A stretch of 64,000 nt of DNA, from positions 2,304,001 through 2,368,000 of the forward strand of contig CAWJET010000001.1 of the NCBI GenBank assembly GCA_963842085.1. Direction: 5' to 3'. Position 1 is the stretch's first letter; the number at the start of each line of letters is the position of its first letter. Position numbers and translations under genes: made by a program. Of the stretch, positions 1 through 9,864 are shown piece after piece. This DNA is from an uncultured delta proteobacterium (GTDB taxonomy: Bacteria > Desulfobacterota > Binatia > Binatales > Binataceae). The notes beneath the pieces are model-generated. The model was not told the DNA's origin. It did not search any database and was given only the letters and a program-made list of their open reading frames with translations.

Positions 1-868
1 GATAGCGGCGCGTCAGGTCGGCGTAGGCGTCAATTCGGCGATCGCGCAGGAACGGCCAGTTGCGGCGGACTTGCTCGATCTTGGCAAGGTCGCATTCGGC
101 GAGCAGCGTCTCCTCGGCGGTGGCGCCGGCGCGCGCGATGATCTCACCGAACGGATCGGCGACGAATGAATCGCCCCAGAACTCGAGCTCGCCTTCGACG
201 CCGACGCGATTGACCGCCGCGACGAAGACGCCGTTGGCGATCGCGTGGCTGCGCTGAATCGTTTCCCAGGCGTTCACCTGCTTGGGGCGGACTTTCTGCG
301 GCTCGCCATGCCACCATCCGATGGCCGTGGGATAGAAGAGGATCTGCGCGCCGGCCATCGCGGTAAGGCGCGCAGCTTCGGGGAACCATTGATCCCAGCA
401 TACGAGCACGCCGACCGGGCCGCGCGAGGTGGGATGCGCGACGAAGTCGAGATCGCCGGGGGTGAAATAGAATTTTTCGTAGTAGCGGGGATCGTCGGGG
501 ATGTGCATCTTGCGGTAGCGGCCGACGATTTTGCCGGCCTCGTCGATGACGGCGGCGGTGTTGTGATAGACGCCGGCCGCACGGCGCTCGAAGATCGACG
601 CTATTATGATAATTTTCCGCGCCTTGGCGACGGCGCCGAGCGCTTCGGTGGTGGGTCCGGGAATCGGCTCGGCGAGATCGAAAAATTTCGGATCCTCGAC
701 CTGACACGGGTAGTGCGCGCCGAACAACTCCTGGGTGCAGACGATTTGCGCGCCGCGGCGGGCAGCCTCGTCGATTTTGGCGATCGCCTTGTCGAGGTTG
801 AGGCGCGGCTCGGCGGCGCAGCTCATCTGGATGAGGCCGATGACGACCTTGCCGGCGTGCGATGCCAT
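1..868 (-). CDS. Carbon-nitrogen hydrolase (nitrilase superfamily, N-carbamoylputrescine amidase-like); 3' end runs off the window
   Basis: Frame not in the ORF track; manual translation from ATG at 868 gives MASHAGKVVIGLIQMSC...CTQELF...YRKMHIPDDP...CWDQWFPE...WPFLRDRRIDAY, with the E-K-C catalytic motifs. Confidence 0.9.
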   Translation of the reverse strand, partial: MASHAGKVVIGLIQMSCAAEPRLNLDKAIAKIDEAARRGAQIVCTQELFGAHYPCQVEDPKFFDLAEPIPGPTTEALGAVAKARKIIIIASIFERRAAGVYHNTAAVIDEAGKIVGRYRKMHIPDDPRYYEKFYFTPGDLDFVAHPTSRGPVGVLVCWDQWFPEAARLTAMAGAQILFYPTAIGWWHGEPQKVRPKQVNAWETIQRSHAIANGVFVAAVNRVGVEGELEFWGDSFVADPFGEIIARAGATAEETLLAECDLAKIEQVRRNWPFLRDRRIDAYADLTRRY

Positions 869-1019
869 GACAATTGTGATAGCAACCGCGCAGGTCGCAC
901 GCCATCAGTCGGCACAATCGAGTTACCACGGGCACGAAACATTTTCGTCATCTGCGGTTGCATGAGCGGCGCTGTGATACTGTAATAGGGCGCGCCACGG
1001 AAGACGCGCTGGAGCATTC

Positions 1020-1158
1020 TCGGGACTGCCCGCCGCTGATAGCCGGGTCCTGCGCAAGGGAAGGCCGCGAACCCCGCCAGGTCCGGAAGGAAGCAACGGT
1101 ACCGGCTGCCACCCTGTGCCGCAGGGGTGCCTGGCTATCATTCGACGGGCAGTCCCGG
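1020..1158 (+). ncRNA. ffs: Signal recognition particle RNA (4.5S)
   Basis: Hallmark CAGGTCCGGAAGGAAGCAAC domain IV at about 1078-1097 inside a long hairpin (gggactgcccg/cgggcagtccc, gatagccggg/cctggctatc); classic position upstream of dnaX. Confidence 0.92.
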
Positions 1159-1174
1159 GCGAAAAGATTTCGCG

Positions 1175-3043
1175 ATGGCCGAAGCTCAAACTCCCCATCT
1201 GGTACTCGCGCGCAAATGGCGGCCGGAGCGCTTCTCGGAGCTGGTCGGCCAGGAGCATGTGACGCGCACGCTCGGCGAGGCGCTCAAGCGCGGCCGAATC
1301 GCGCACGCGTTCCTGTTCACCGGGATTCGCGGCGTCGGCAAAACGACGGCGGCGCGGATTCTTGCGCGCTGCCTGAACTGCGAGAAGGGTCCGACCGCGG
1401 AGCCGTGCGGCAAATGCGCGGCGTGCGTGGAGATTCGCGCCGGAAATTCGCTCGACGTCAACGAGATCGACGGCGCCACTTATCGCAAGATCGAGGACGC
1501 CCGCGCGATCATTGAAAACCTGAGCTACCGGCCGGCGCGCGACCGCTTCAAGATTTACATTATCGACGAGGCCCATCAGCTTACCGATTCGGCCTTCAAC
1601 GCGCTGCTGAAGACGCTCGAAGAGCCGCCGCCGCACGTCAAGTTTATTCTCGCGACGACCGAGCCGCAGAAGATGCCCGAGACGATCCTGTCGCGGCTGC
1701 AGCGCTACGACTTCCGGCGCATCCCGTACCTTAAGATTCTCGAGCGGCTGCAGGATCTCGCACGGCGCGAAGGGGTCGAGGCCGAGGAGAGCGCACTGCG
1801 GCTGCTTGCGCGCGAGGCCGGCGGCAGCATGCGCGACGCGGAGCGGATGCTCGAGACAGCGATCGCGACGGCGTCGGGCAAAGTCACCGAGGCCGCGGTG
1901 GCGGCGTCGCTCGGGGTCGCGAGCCGGACCACCGTTCTTAAGTTAGCTGACGCGATTTTGCAGAAGAACGCGGCCGCCGCGCTTACGCACGTGCGCGAGC
2001 TGGCCGGCCGCGGCGCCAACCTCGAATCGCTCGGGCGCGATTTGCTCGAGACGCTTCGAAATCTCGCGATCGCGAAACTTCCCGCCAGCGGCGCGGACAG
2101 TCCGCTCGACGATATTCCCGATCACGAAGTGGCGGAGCTCAAGCGGCTGGCGGCCGGCGCCAGCGCGCGCGACATCATGCGGCTGTTTCGGCTGATGGCC
2201 GATTCGCAGGAACAGATTCTCCGCTCGCCCTACCCCGATCTGCTGCTGGAGATGGCGGTGGTGCGGATGGCGTCGCTGGCGGCGGTGATCGACACCGACG
2301 AATTGCTGCGCGCGATCGGCGCGGCGGCGCCGCCGGCATCGGGCACTCCACCGTCCGGCGGTGGACCGAGCGGCCGCGGCAGGCCCGAGGCGGCATCGAA
2401 GGAGCAATCGAGCGGCGCGCGGCGGCTGCGGGTCGAGGGCGAAGTCAAAGCCGATGCGCCGCTGCGCAATCATGCTCAAGACGACAGCCCGCGCGAACTT
2501 CCGCAGTTGCGCGATTTTATTCGCGGCCGGCGCGCGGCGTTGGCCGGTTTCATGGAGCAGGGCGCGGGACTCGCGCTCGACGGCGACGTGCTGACGGTCA
2601 CCGCGCGCAACGACATTTACGTCCGCTATCTGAACGACAACAAGGCAGTGATCGCGGAGCTTGCGAGCGAGCATCTCGGCCGCGCAATTCGAGTCGAGCT
2701 TTCGGCCAACGGCGCGGCGAAACCCGCGGCCGCGCGCGCGACGATGCCGCTAGCCGATACGGGGCTCACGCGCGAATCGCGGTCTGCGCCGGGGTCGGAC
2801 ACAACTGGTTCGGTCGCCGCGGGGAACGGGCAAAAGCGGACGGTGTCGCCGGAGCCGTTTGGATCAAGCAAAGAAATTGCACCGTCGCCGCCGGCGATCG
2901 ATGCCGGGCGACGCGCCGCGACACCCGAGGAACGGCAGGCGGTGCTTGCGGATCCCGCGGTGCGAAGAGTGTTCGATACGCTCGACGCGCGCCTGGTGGA
3001 ATTAAAGGTGCCGAACGATGTCGCCGAGCCGAAGTCGAAATAG
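1175..3043 (+). CDS. dnaX: DNA polymerase III subunit gamma/tau
   Basis: LARKWRP, GIRGVGKTT Walker A, zinc-binding Cys cluster, IIDEAH, SRLQ; start placed at the ATG after the SRP RNA. Confidence 0.97.
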   Translation: MAEAQTPHLVLARKWRPERFSELVGQEHVTRTLGEALKRGRIAHAFLFTGIRGVGKTTAARILARCLNCEKGPTAEPCGKCAACVEIRAGNSLDVNEIDGATYRKIEDARAIIENLSYRPARDRFKIYIIDEAHQLTDSAFNALLKTLEEPPPHVKFILATTEPQKMPETILSRLQRYDFRRIPYLKILERLQDLARREGVEAEESALRLLAREAGGSMRDAERMLETAIATASGKVTEAAVAASLGVASRTTVLKLADAILQKNAAAALTHVRELAGRGANLESLGRDLLETLRNLAIAKLPASGADSPLDDIPDHEVAELKRLAAGASARDIMRLFRLMADSQEQILRSPYPDLLLEMAVVRMASLAAVIDTDELLRAIGAAAPPASGTPPSGGGPSGRGRPEAASKEQSSGARRLRVEGEVKADAPLRNHAQDDSPRELPQLRDFIRGRRAALAGFMEQGAGLALDGDVLTVTARNDIYVRYLNDNKAVIAELASEHLGRAIRVELSANGAAKPAAARATMPLADTGLTRESRSAPGSDTTGSVAAGNGQKRTVSPEPFGSSKEIAPSPPAIDAGRRAATPEERQAVLADPAVRRVFDTLDARLVELKVPNDVAEPKSK

Positions 3044-3082
3044 TACGTCGTCGCTGGAAGCCTGCGGCAAGGAGCAATTGGA

Positions 3083-3412
3083 GTGGCAGAAATAGACTTG
3101 TCAGCATTGATGCAGCAGGCGCAGGCGTTGCAATCCAAGATGCAGGAGATGCAGGACGCGGCGGCGGCCAAAACCGTCGAGGCGCAATCGGCCGGCGGGA
3201 TGGTGCGCGTGGTGGTCGACGGCACGCTGCGCGTGCGCAAGATCGAAATCGACGCCGCGCTGGTAGGCGCCAACGACAAGCCGATGCTCGAAGACCTGAT
3301 CCTGGTCGCCGTCAATGACGGGATGGCGCGCGCGCAGAAAATGCTCGCCGACGAGATGAGCAAGCTCGGCCCGCTGGGTGGCCTGAAGATTCCAGGATTC
3401 GGCGTCGAATGA
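3083..3412 (+). CDS. ybaB: YbaB/EbfC nucleoid-associated protein
   Basis: MQQAQALQ...AGGMVRVVVDG...LEDLILVAVND; dnaX-ybaB-recR synteny. Confidence 0.95.
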   Translation: MAEIDLSALMQQAQALQSKMQEMQDAAAAKTVEAQSAGGMVRVVVDGTLRVRKIEIDAALVGANDKPMLEDLILVAVNDGMARAQKMLADEMSKLGPLGGLKIPGFGVE

Positions 3413-3425
3413 CGGAGCGCGCTTG

Positions 3426-4049
3426 ATGGCCGAGAACCTGAAGCGCCAGGACGGACTGCCGCCCGCGATGACGCGGCTGGTCAAGGAATTGTCGCGGCTG
3501 CCGGGGATCGGCGAGAAGACGGCGTCGCGGCTCGCGTTCAACCTGCTCAATCGGCCGCGCGACCAGGTAATTGCGCTGGCGGAAGCCCTGCTCGAAATGA
3601 AAGAGCGCGTCGGCCTGTGCTCGGGATGCTTCGGCCTGTCGGACCATCCGCGCTGTCAGATATGCGACGACGAGGCGCGCGAGCGCGAAGTCATTTGCGT
3701 CGTCGAGGGGCCCGCCGATCTGATGGCAATCGAGCGGGCGCGCAGTTTCGGCGGCGTCTATCACGTGCTCAATGGCGCTCTCGCGCCGCTCGACGGCATC
3801 GGCCCCGACGACATCAAGATGAAGGAACTGATTGCGCGCGTGAGTCCGCCCGCGGTCGTGCGCGAGGTGATAATCGCGACCAATGCAACCGTCGAGGGCG
3901 AGGCGACCGCGCTCTACATCGCGCGCGCGTTGAAACCGCTCGGCGTGAAGACGACGCGGCTGGCGCGCGGACTGCCGGCCGGGGGCGACCTGGAATACAG
4001 CGACTCCGCCACGCTCACCAGCGCGCTCAGTGGCCGCCGCGAACTCTAG
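3426..4049 (+). CDS. recR: Recombination mediator RecR
   Basis: LPGIGEKTA HhH, C4 zinc finger, Toprim ATNATVEGEATA. Confidence 0.97.
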   Translation: MAENLKRQDGLPPAMTRLVKELSRLPGIGEKTASRLAFNLLNRPRDQVIALAEALLEMKERVGLCSGCFGLSDHPRCQICDDEAREREVICVVEGPADLMAIERARSFGGVYHVLNGALAPLDGIGPDDIKMKELIARVSPPAVVREVIIATNATVEGEATALYIARALKPLGVKTTRLARGLPAGGDLEYSDSATLTSALSGRREL

Positions 4050-4055
4050 CTCACA

Positions 4056-4409
4056 GTGAGAGCAGTCTTCGCGCGACGATTGCGGACGCGCGCGGTCGTC
4101 TCGATGCTCCCGATAGCAATGTTGGCTTGCGGTGCGCCGAAGCCGATGACCCCGGCAGAGCGCGGGCGAATCGTGTACATGACCAATTGCCTGGTTTGCC
4201 ATAACGCCGATCCCAACCTGCCCGGCAGCCAGGGGCCGCCAATCGCGGGCTCGTCGCGCGAGCTGGTCTACGATCGCGTGCTCTTTCTGAAGTATCCGCC
4301 CGGTTACAAACCCAAGCGCACCACGCACGCGATGCGCGCGCTGCCGCAGTTGGCCAATCGAATCGACGACCTGACAGCGTTCCTTGCAGGGGCGGCGAAG
4401 AAGAACTGA
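4056..4409 (+). CDS. Monoheme c-type cytochrome, probable lipoprotein
   Basis: CLVCH heme motif, distal Met (HAM), lipobox-like MLAC; start uncertain. Confidence 0.8.
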   Translation: MRAVFARRLRTRAVVSMLPIAMLACGAPKPMTPAERGRIVYMTNCLVCHNADPNLPGSQGPPIAGSSRELVYDRVLFLKYPPGYKPKRTTHAMRALPQLANRIDDLTAFLAGAAKKN

Positions 4410-4535
4410 AGCCGTTTGTCTAGAGCCATTCGTCAGGGGTAAAGTCGGATCACAGAGCCCAATCTCGGGACCTGCATTCACAATCAGCCGGGCGTACGAA
4501 TCTCGATTCCAGCCCGAAAGGACGGATTTTTCATC

Positions 4536-5117
4536 ATGGCATTCAAACTTCCCGAACTGCCGTACAGTATGGACGCGCTGAAACCCAATATCTCCGCCGA
4601 GACGCTTGAGTATCATCACGGCAAGCATCACAAGGCGTACGTCGACAAGCTGAACGAATTAGCCCCGGGCAGCAAATTCGCAAGCTCGTCGCTCGAAGAA
4701 ATCGTCAAGGGCGCCGAACCGGGGGGCCTCCTGAACAGCGCCGGGCAGCATTACAATCATTCCTTTTACTGGAAATCGTTGAGTCCCAAAGGCGGCGGCG
4801 GACCCAAGGGCCCGGCCGCGGACGCGATTAAGAAAGGCTTCGGCGATTTCGAGGCGTTCAAGAAAAAATTCAGCGAGATTGCGGTCGGCCACTTCGGCAG
4901 CGGCTGGGCGTGGCTGGTGCGAGCGAAAGACGGCTCGATCCAGGTCGTCGCGACGCATGACGCGGGATCGCCGATTCGCGAGGGCCAGACCCCGATCCTC
5001 ACCTGCGACGTGTGGGAGCACGCCTACTACATTGACTATCGCAACGCGCGCGCCAAGTACGTCGAGGCGTGGTGGAACCTGGTCAACTGGGATTTTGCCA
5101 ACGAAAATTTGAAATAG
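4536..5117 (+). CDS. sodB: Fe/Mn superoxide dismutase
   Basis: HHGKHH, NHSFYW, FGSGWAWL, DVWEHAYY. Confidence 0.95.
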   Translation: MAFKLPELPYSMDALKPNISAETLEYHHGKHHKAYVDKLNELAPGSKFASSSLEEIVKGAEPGGLLNSAGQHYNHSFYWKSLSPKGGGGPKGPAADAIKKGFGDFEAFKKKFSEIAVGHFGSGWAWLVRAKDGSIQVVATHDAGSPIREGQTPILTCDVWEHAYYIDYRNARAKYVEAWWNLVNWDFANENLK

Positions 5118-5147
5118 GCGGAACTCTGCTTTTAGTGCGCTTGGCGC

Positions 5148-6800
5148 CTACCTGGCTGCGATCGACGCGACGATCGCGCCGGCCGAGAGTGCGATCACTC
5201 TCCAGAACAGGTAGACGCCGGCGGACCCGGTCCGTTGTTCGACGGCTGCAGGCCGAGGAGCGGCCTCTTTCGGGCGCATCGATGCCGCAATCGGGGCAAG
5301 CACCTTGGCAAGGGCCTCGACTCGCTGCGCTTCCTCGGCTATCGACTCGGGCTGGCTGATGCCCTTGCCGCTCGGCGGATCGGCGTCCAACGCTGATGGC
5401 AGATCGCCGGTGACTACGGATGCGAGGGCGGAAGCGTAGCGTAAAGGATCTTGCGCGGCGGTGCGCGAACGCTGCAAATCGCCGGTGGATGCCAGGTTGG
5501 CCTCGTAAAGCTTTTGCTCGAGCGAAGCGGGCGAAGTCGAATCCGGGTCATTTTGCGTTGCGCCGATCTTTTCCTCGAGCAACGTTCTTCCTGCTGGCAG
5601 GGCCAGCAATGCCGACGCCATTATCCTGGCCATGACCTCGGGATCGGTGTTTGCGAGGTTGCGGACGAACGTGGCGCTCTCTGAGAATTTCGCGCGCAGC
5701 TCCTCGTCGGTTAAGCTGGAAGCTGCGGCGGCGCCGGGCTTCGCATGAATCAACGCCTGCAGGCGCTCGATGCGCTCGCCAAGCGGCGGATGGTTCGATA
5801 GCTTTCCCACAAGCATGTTACGCGGGTATTCGCTTACCGCGAATTTCCTGGCGTCCTCATCGCGCTCCTCCTGTGTTTTGCCGGGCTGCAAGCGGAGCCG
5901 GGTTATCTCATTGATGTATTGCTTGTAGCTCGTGGCTCCGCCCGCGCGCTCGAAGGGGTCCACGATGAAAAGCTGGGCCATACCTGGCGTGGCGCATCTC
6001 AGCGGCGACTCGGTCTTCGCGATCTGTTCAAGCGCGCGGATCAGCGCTGTCGGATTGCGCGTAAATTCAACGGCGGACGCGTCGGCCAGGTACTCGCGAT
6101 CGCGGGAGAGAATTGTTGAAATGATGCGCGAAACGATGCCGTCCGACGCCGAACGGGCCTTCCAGATGACGGGCATACCGGAGATGAAGCGCAACACGCC
6201 GAAGCCACGGAACATCGCCGTGACCATCGTCGTCAACCGGGTATCGCAATTGCGGATATGCGCCATCTCATGGCCGATCACGCCTTGTAGTTCCTCGCGA
6301 TCCATCTGGTCCAGCAGCCCCTGGGTGACACAAATCGCCGAGTGTTCGGGATCGCGCCCCACCGCGAACGCGTTAGGCGAGGGATCGTCGATGACCTCGA
6401 CGCGCGGCTCGGGTATTCGCGCCGCGAGCGCCATCTCGCGCACCACGTCGATGACCGTCTGATTCTTTGGCTGGTCGGAAGAGATCGGATGCGCATCCAA
6501 CGCGTCCAGCACCAGGTCTGCCCCGGCAAAATTCGCGCGCAACGCTTGCATTATGGCCAAGATCATTGCGATCGCCGTGAACCAGGGGATGCCGGAAAGC
6601 CGTCCGTCGCTGAAGCGCAAGTTGTGAGACCGGAAATCGAGGCCGAGGCCGAATGCAGCGAACGCCAGGATCACCTTCACCACTAGCGCAGCAGTACGGC
6701 GCCGATTGACCCGCTCGAGTTGCCAAAAGCTGCCGGATTCCCCCGCCATTGCCCGGTCCGCCTCAAATGAAAGCTTATGCCGCCGCAAGATCTGTGTCAT
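5148..6800 (-). CDS. M48 family (HtpX-like) zinc metalloprotease with long C-terminal extension
   Basis: PNAFAVG, GHEMAH, SRDREYLADA, HPPLGERI; N-terminal TM segments. Confidence 0.88.
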   Translation of the reverse strand: MTQILRRHKLSFEADRAMAGESGSFWQLERVNRRRTAALVVKVILAFAAFGLGLDFRSHNLRFSDGRLSGIPWFTAIAMILAIMQALRANFAGADLVLDALDAHPISSDQPKNQTVIDVVREMALAARIPEPRVEVIDDPSPNAFAVGRDPEHSAICVTQGLLDQMDREELQGVIGHEMAHIRNCDTRLTTMVTAMFRGFGVLRFISGMPVIWKARSASDGIVSRIISTILSRDREYLADASAVEFTRNPTALIRALEQIAKTESPLRCATPGMAQLFIVDPFERAGGATSYKQYINEITRLRLQPGKTQEERDEDARKFAVSEYPRNMLVGKLSNHPPLGERIERLQALIHAKPGAAAASSLTDEELRAKFSESATFVRNLANTDPEVMARIMASALLALPAGRTLLEEKIGATQNDPDSTSPASLEQKLYEANLASTGDLQRSRTAAQDPLRYASALASVVTGDLPSALDADPPSGKGISQPESIAEEAQRVEALAKVLAPIAASMRPKEAAPRPAAVEQRTGSAGVYLFWRVIALSAGAIVASIAAR

Positions 6801-6884
6801 CCACTACCCGCAGGAGAGAGTCGTCAGGCATTTGCGATACCCGGCGTCCGCAGTAGAATCACATCCGGGCTCCAGGATGTCTCA

Positions 6885-7607
6885 ATGCAAATCCTCGAAA
6901 ATCGAGTTGCGATAGTCACCGGCGGGACCGGCGCGCTCGGCTGCGCGGTGGTCGAGAATTTCCTGATCGCGGGCGCTAAGGTCGCGGTTCCTTACGTCGT
7001 CGATGCGGAAGTGCCATTGCTGCAAAAGCAACTCGGCAACCGTTTCCCGGCGTCCGAAATCTTTCTCAAAAAAGCGGACGTCAGCGACGAGGCGCAAGTC
7101 GCGAAGTTTGTGGCGGACGTCGCGTCGAAGTGGAGCAAGGTCGATATCCTGGTGAATCTCGTCGGTGGATTCTGGGGCGGCAAGCCGATCGCGGAAACCA
7201 CGCTCGCCGAGTGGCAGGCGATGTTCGATCTCAACGTGAAGCCGACGTTCCTCTGCTGCCGCGCGGTCGTGCCGGTAATGCAGCGCAACAAGTGGGGACG
7301 CATCGTGTCGGTCGCATCGCGCAGCGGTCTGCAGGGCGCGGGCGACTACGCCGCGTACGCGGTGGCCAAGGGCGCAATCGCAACTTTCACCGCGTCGCTC
7401 GCACAGGAAGTGCTCGACGACGGCGTGATGGTCAACGCGATCGCGCCGAGCACCATCGACACGGAAGCGAACCGCGCCGCGATGCCCAAGGCGAAGCACG
7501 AAAATTGGGTAAAGCCTGCGGATATAGCGAGGACGATCGCTTACCTGTGCTCGGACGATTGCCGCGTCACGTCAGCCGCAGTCGTGCCGGTGTACGGACG
7601 CGCCTGA
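6885..7607 (+). CDS. Short-chain dehydrogenase/reductase
   Basis: TGGTGALG, YAVAK, VNAIAP. Confidence 0.92.
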   Translation: MQILENRVAIVTGGTGALGCAVVENFLIAGAKVAVPYVVDAEVPLLQKQLGNRFPASEIFLKKADVSDEAQVAKFVADVASKWSKVDILVNLVGGFWGGKPIAETTLAEWQAMFDLNVKPTFLCCRAVVPVMQRNKWGRIVSVASRSGLQGAGDYAAYAVAKGAIATFTASLAQEVLDDGVMVNAIAPSTIDTEANRAAMPKAKHENWVKPADIARTIAYLCSDDCRVTSAAVVPVYGRA

Positions 7608-7621
7608 GAGCGAGCGCGAAC

Positions 7622-8437
7622 TCAACTCTGAGCGGCGGCGGCGTGGGAATCGACGGAACGGAGCCGCGATCTATGTGGCATCGCGAGCCTATCCGCGACG
7701 ATTCGGTACACGTCGACGTTCAAGCCCATCCCGACGTGACTGCCCATGACCTCGACGTTTTCCACCGTCGGGGTGCCGCTCAAATCCACGCAGCTCTCCC
7801 AGTGGACGACGCCGTCGGTGCGCGAGTAGATGTGCGTGGCCGGAACGTCGGCGGGCGATTCGTCGCTCAAGATCACTCCGCACTGGCACTCCTCGCTGAG
7901 GCATCCTTGCGCCCTGCCACGAAGTGCGGCGACCGATTTGGCCACAACCTCGACGGCGAGGCTGGCGTGGCGCCGCGGCTGCCGGATTGGCGAGCCGAGT
8001 GAAATTACGCGCTCGACCATTTCGGGCTGCTCGCGTGCAAGCTCACGCGCGTAAACCCCGCCGAGGCTTTGGCCAACCACTACTATCGGCTGCTCGAATT
8101 TCTCATGAGCGAGCGCGAGCCGCGCGTTCAACTTGCGCATCGTCTCGCGCGGACAGTCCGAGTTCGACAGAATTCCGGCATAGACCGCGCGATGGCCGAG
8201 CCATCGGCAGAAGTTCGCCAGCGGCGCGAGCGTCAAGTCGCCGGCCATGAAACCCGGGATGAGCATGACGACTTTGGCGTTGTGGGACCGCACATGCGGC
8301 CAGGGATGTACGATTGCTCCGATCCAGTAGATGCTGGCCTCAAGCGGAACACGGAACTCGCCCAACGTGTCCAGCATCGAAGGACGCTTTGGCTGGCTCG
8401 CTTTTCGTGAACTATTTTGCGCGCTACTTGGAGTCAT
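7622..8437 (-). CDS. Alpha/beta hydrolase (esterase/lipase)
   Basis: PGFM oxyanion motif, GQSLGG nucleophile elbow, DGVV, SHVG; AAGGAG RBS before ATG 8437. Confidence 0.88.
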   Translation of the reverse strand: MTPSSAQNSSRKASQPKRPSMLDTLGEFRVPLEASIYWIGAIVHPWPHVRSHNAKVVMLIPGFMAGDLTLAPLANFCRWLGHRAVYAGILSNSDCPRETMRKLNARLALAHEKFEQPIVVVGQSLGGVYARELAREQPEMVERVISLGSPIRQPRRHASLAVEVVAKSVAALRGRAQGCLSEECQCGVILSDESPADVPATHIYSRTDGVVHWESCVDLSGTPTVENVEVMGSHVGMGLNVDVYRIVADRLAMPHRSRLRSVDSHAAAAQS

Positions 8438-8532
8438 AGATCTCCTTTTTGGGCAGTTCGCGCGGGCATCGTCAGGCAAATGCAGGGCGAAACCGCATCC
8501 TCATCAACCCTTCATCCTCTGAATCCTACATA

Positions 8533-8560
8533 ATCATTTTTTAACAATTTGTTCAATGAT
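8533..8560. promoter_or_regulatory. AT-rich imperfect palindrome, possible repressor operator upstream of the hydrolase
   Basis: atcatt-tttt-AACAA-t-TTGTT-c-aatgat dyad symmetry. Confidence 0.35.
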
Positions 8561-9001
8561 TTCTAATGCAGATTTTGATGATTTCGCGGGCATCGGGACT
8601 TTACAGCACCAAATGAATTGCACATTGATGCGGCAACGATATGCGTAAAGACGAAAAGAGTTATCGAAGCGCGCGAAGGCTCTGTTCTAATTTCTGGCAG
8701 CGTCAATGGGCGTGTTCGCGGCGCGCGGGAGAATGTGCCGAGATATTAATCAAGGCCGGTCGAGTCCGTGCGCAGGAAATTAGTTCCAACGAAGAGCGGA
8801 TATTCCCAGGCTGGCCCAAAGATCGGACACGTTGCGCGTTTAGGTTTATACGGGTTCAGGTCCAGAGTCGCCGCAGAGGGTCGCGAATCGAAACTTCGCC
8901 GAATACGTGTTAATTTTACATTTGCAAAGATCTAAAAGTTCAAATCTGATTTAGAATTCAAGTCCTGACCTGCGAAATGTCGCGACGCTGAATTCCGGGT
9001 A

Positions 9002-9418
9002 ATGAAAAGATCACGGTTAGGCGAAGTGATAAGGGCGAGCCGCGAGGCCATAGGGTTATCGCAACGCGAATTGGGTCGTAGGTTGGGGGTAACAGCTTCG
9101 CACGTTGCTTATATCGAGTCTGGCAGACGGCGTCCTTCGCATTTCCTCCTGTTTCGGTTGGCGCGTTGTCTACAGCTGAACCGGCAGGAACTATTCCTGG
9201 TCGCTTACCCCGAGTTGGCGCCGCCCCTTACACTGCCCCTATCGCCAACCGAAGATCGCGAGGCCGCGTGGCGCCGGTTCCTTGCTGTCTCGGGGCGATA
9301 TTCGGTAACTCCAGGGGAACTGGCAGTGCTGCGGAAAATATCTCGGCTGGGCAAGATTTCTCCCAATTCGTATTTCGGGATTCTGAATTCGATCAGACAG
9401 TCCTTGGAAACAGACTGA
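9002..9418 (+). CDS. XRE/Cro-C1 HTH transcriptional regulator
   Basis: LGEVIRASREAIGLSQRELGRRLGVTASHVAYIESGRRRPS. Confidence 0.88.
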   Translation: MKRSRLGEVIRASREAIGLSQRELGRRLGVTASHVAYIESGRRRPSHFLLFRLARCLQLNRQELFLVAYPELAPPLTLPLSPTEDREAAWRRFLAVSGRYSVTPGELAVLRKISRLGKISPNSYFGILNSIRQSLETD

Positions 9419-9434
9419 CCTCGACGCGACACCG

Positions 9435-9740
9435 TTAGCCGGCCTTCCTCGCGTCAGCGACGAGGCTCGAACGCCCGGCCGCGCTAATTTCCCGCCTCGG
9501 GAGGCGCGCGCGGGCGACCGCAAGTCGCAGGTCTTTGAGTCCCCGTACCATCCGGTACATCGCGCGAGCCTCGCGCGTGAGGACCTTTGATACTTGCTCG
9601 TCGAACACGTTCTCGGCGGCGATCATCGCCATTTCGCTTGCGCCATCTTCGATCGCGTTCCCCACAGCCTTCAGTTGCCGGACGAGGGCGCGGCGGTCCG
9701 CTTCAAAGCAGGTTTGTTCGCTGTATAACGCTGAGCTCAT
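9435..9740 (-). CDS. Hypothetical helical protein, paralog of 10903-11166
   Basis: Shares CFExDRxxL...MIAAENVFD...ARA with the downstream ORF. Confidence 0.7.
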   Translation of the reverse strand: MSSALYSEQTCFEADRRALVRQLKAVGNAIEDGASEMAMIAAENVFDEQVSKVLTREARAMYRMVRGLKDLRLAVARARLPRREISAAGRSSLVADARKAG

Positions 9741-9864
9741 TCGCTCTGTAGCAAGCATTCCCACCCCTACGCAGTTAACTGGAAGTTAGCTAAAATCGCT
9801 GCTCAGGGTCTGACAATTGGGGACATTTTTTGACATTTGGAGACGCTAGTCGTAAGAATTGAAG

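Noticed and set aside
144-985. Track ORFs 144-935(-) and 245-985(+)
   Set aside because: Shadow frames of the C-N hydrolase, whose real frame runs off the window
2200-3043. Programmed frameshift in dnaX
   Set aside because: No A-AAA-AAG or long poly-A slippery site was seen
8641-8913. 90-aa ORF in the AT-rich gap before the XRE gene
   Set aside because: No RBS or recognisable motif; more likely promoter DNA
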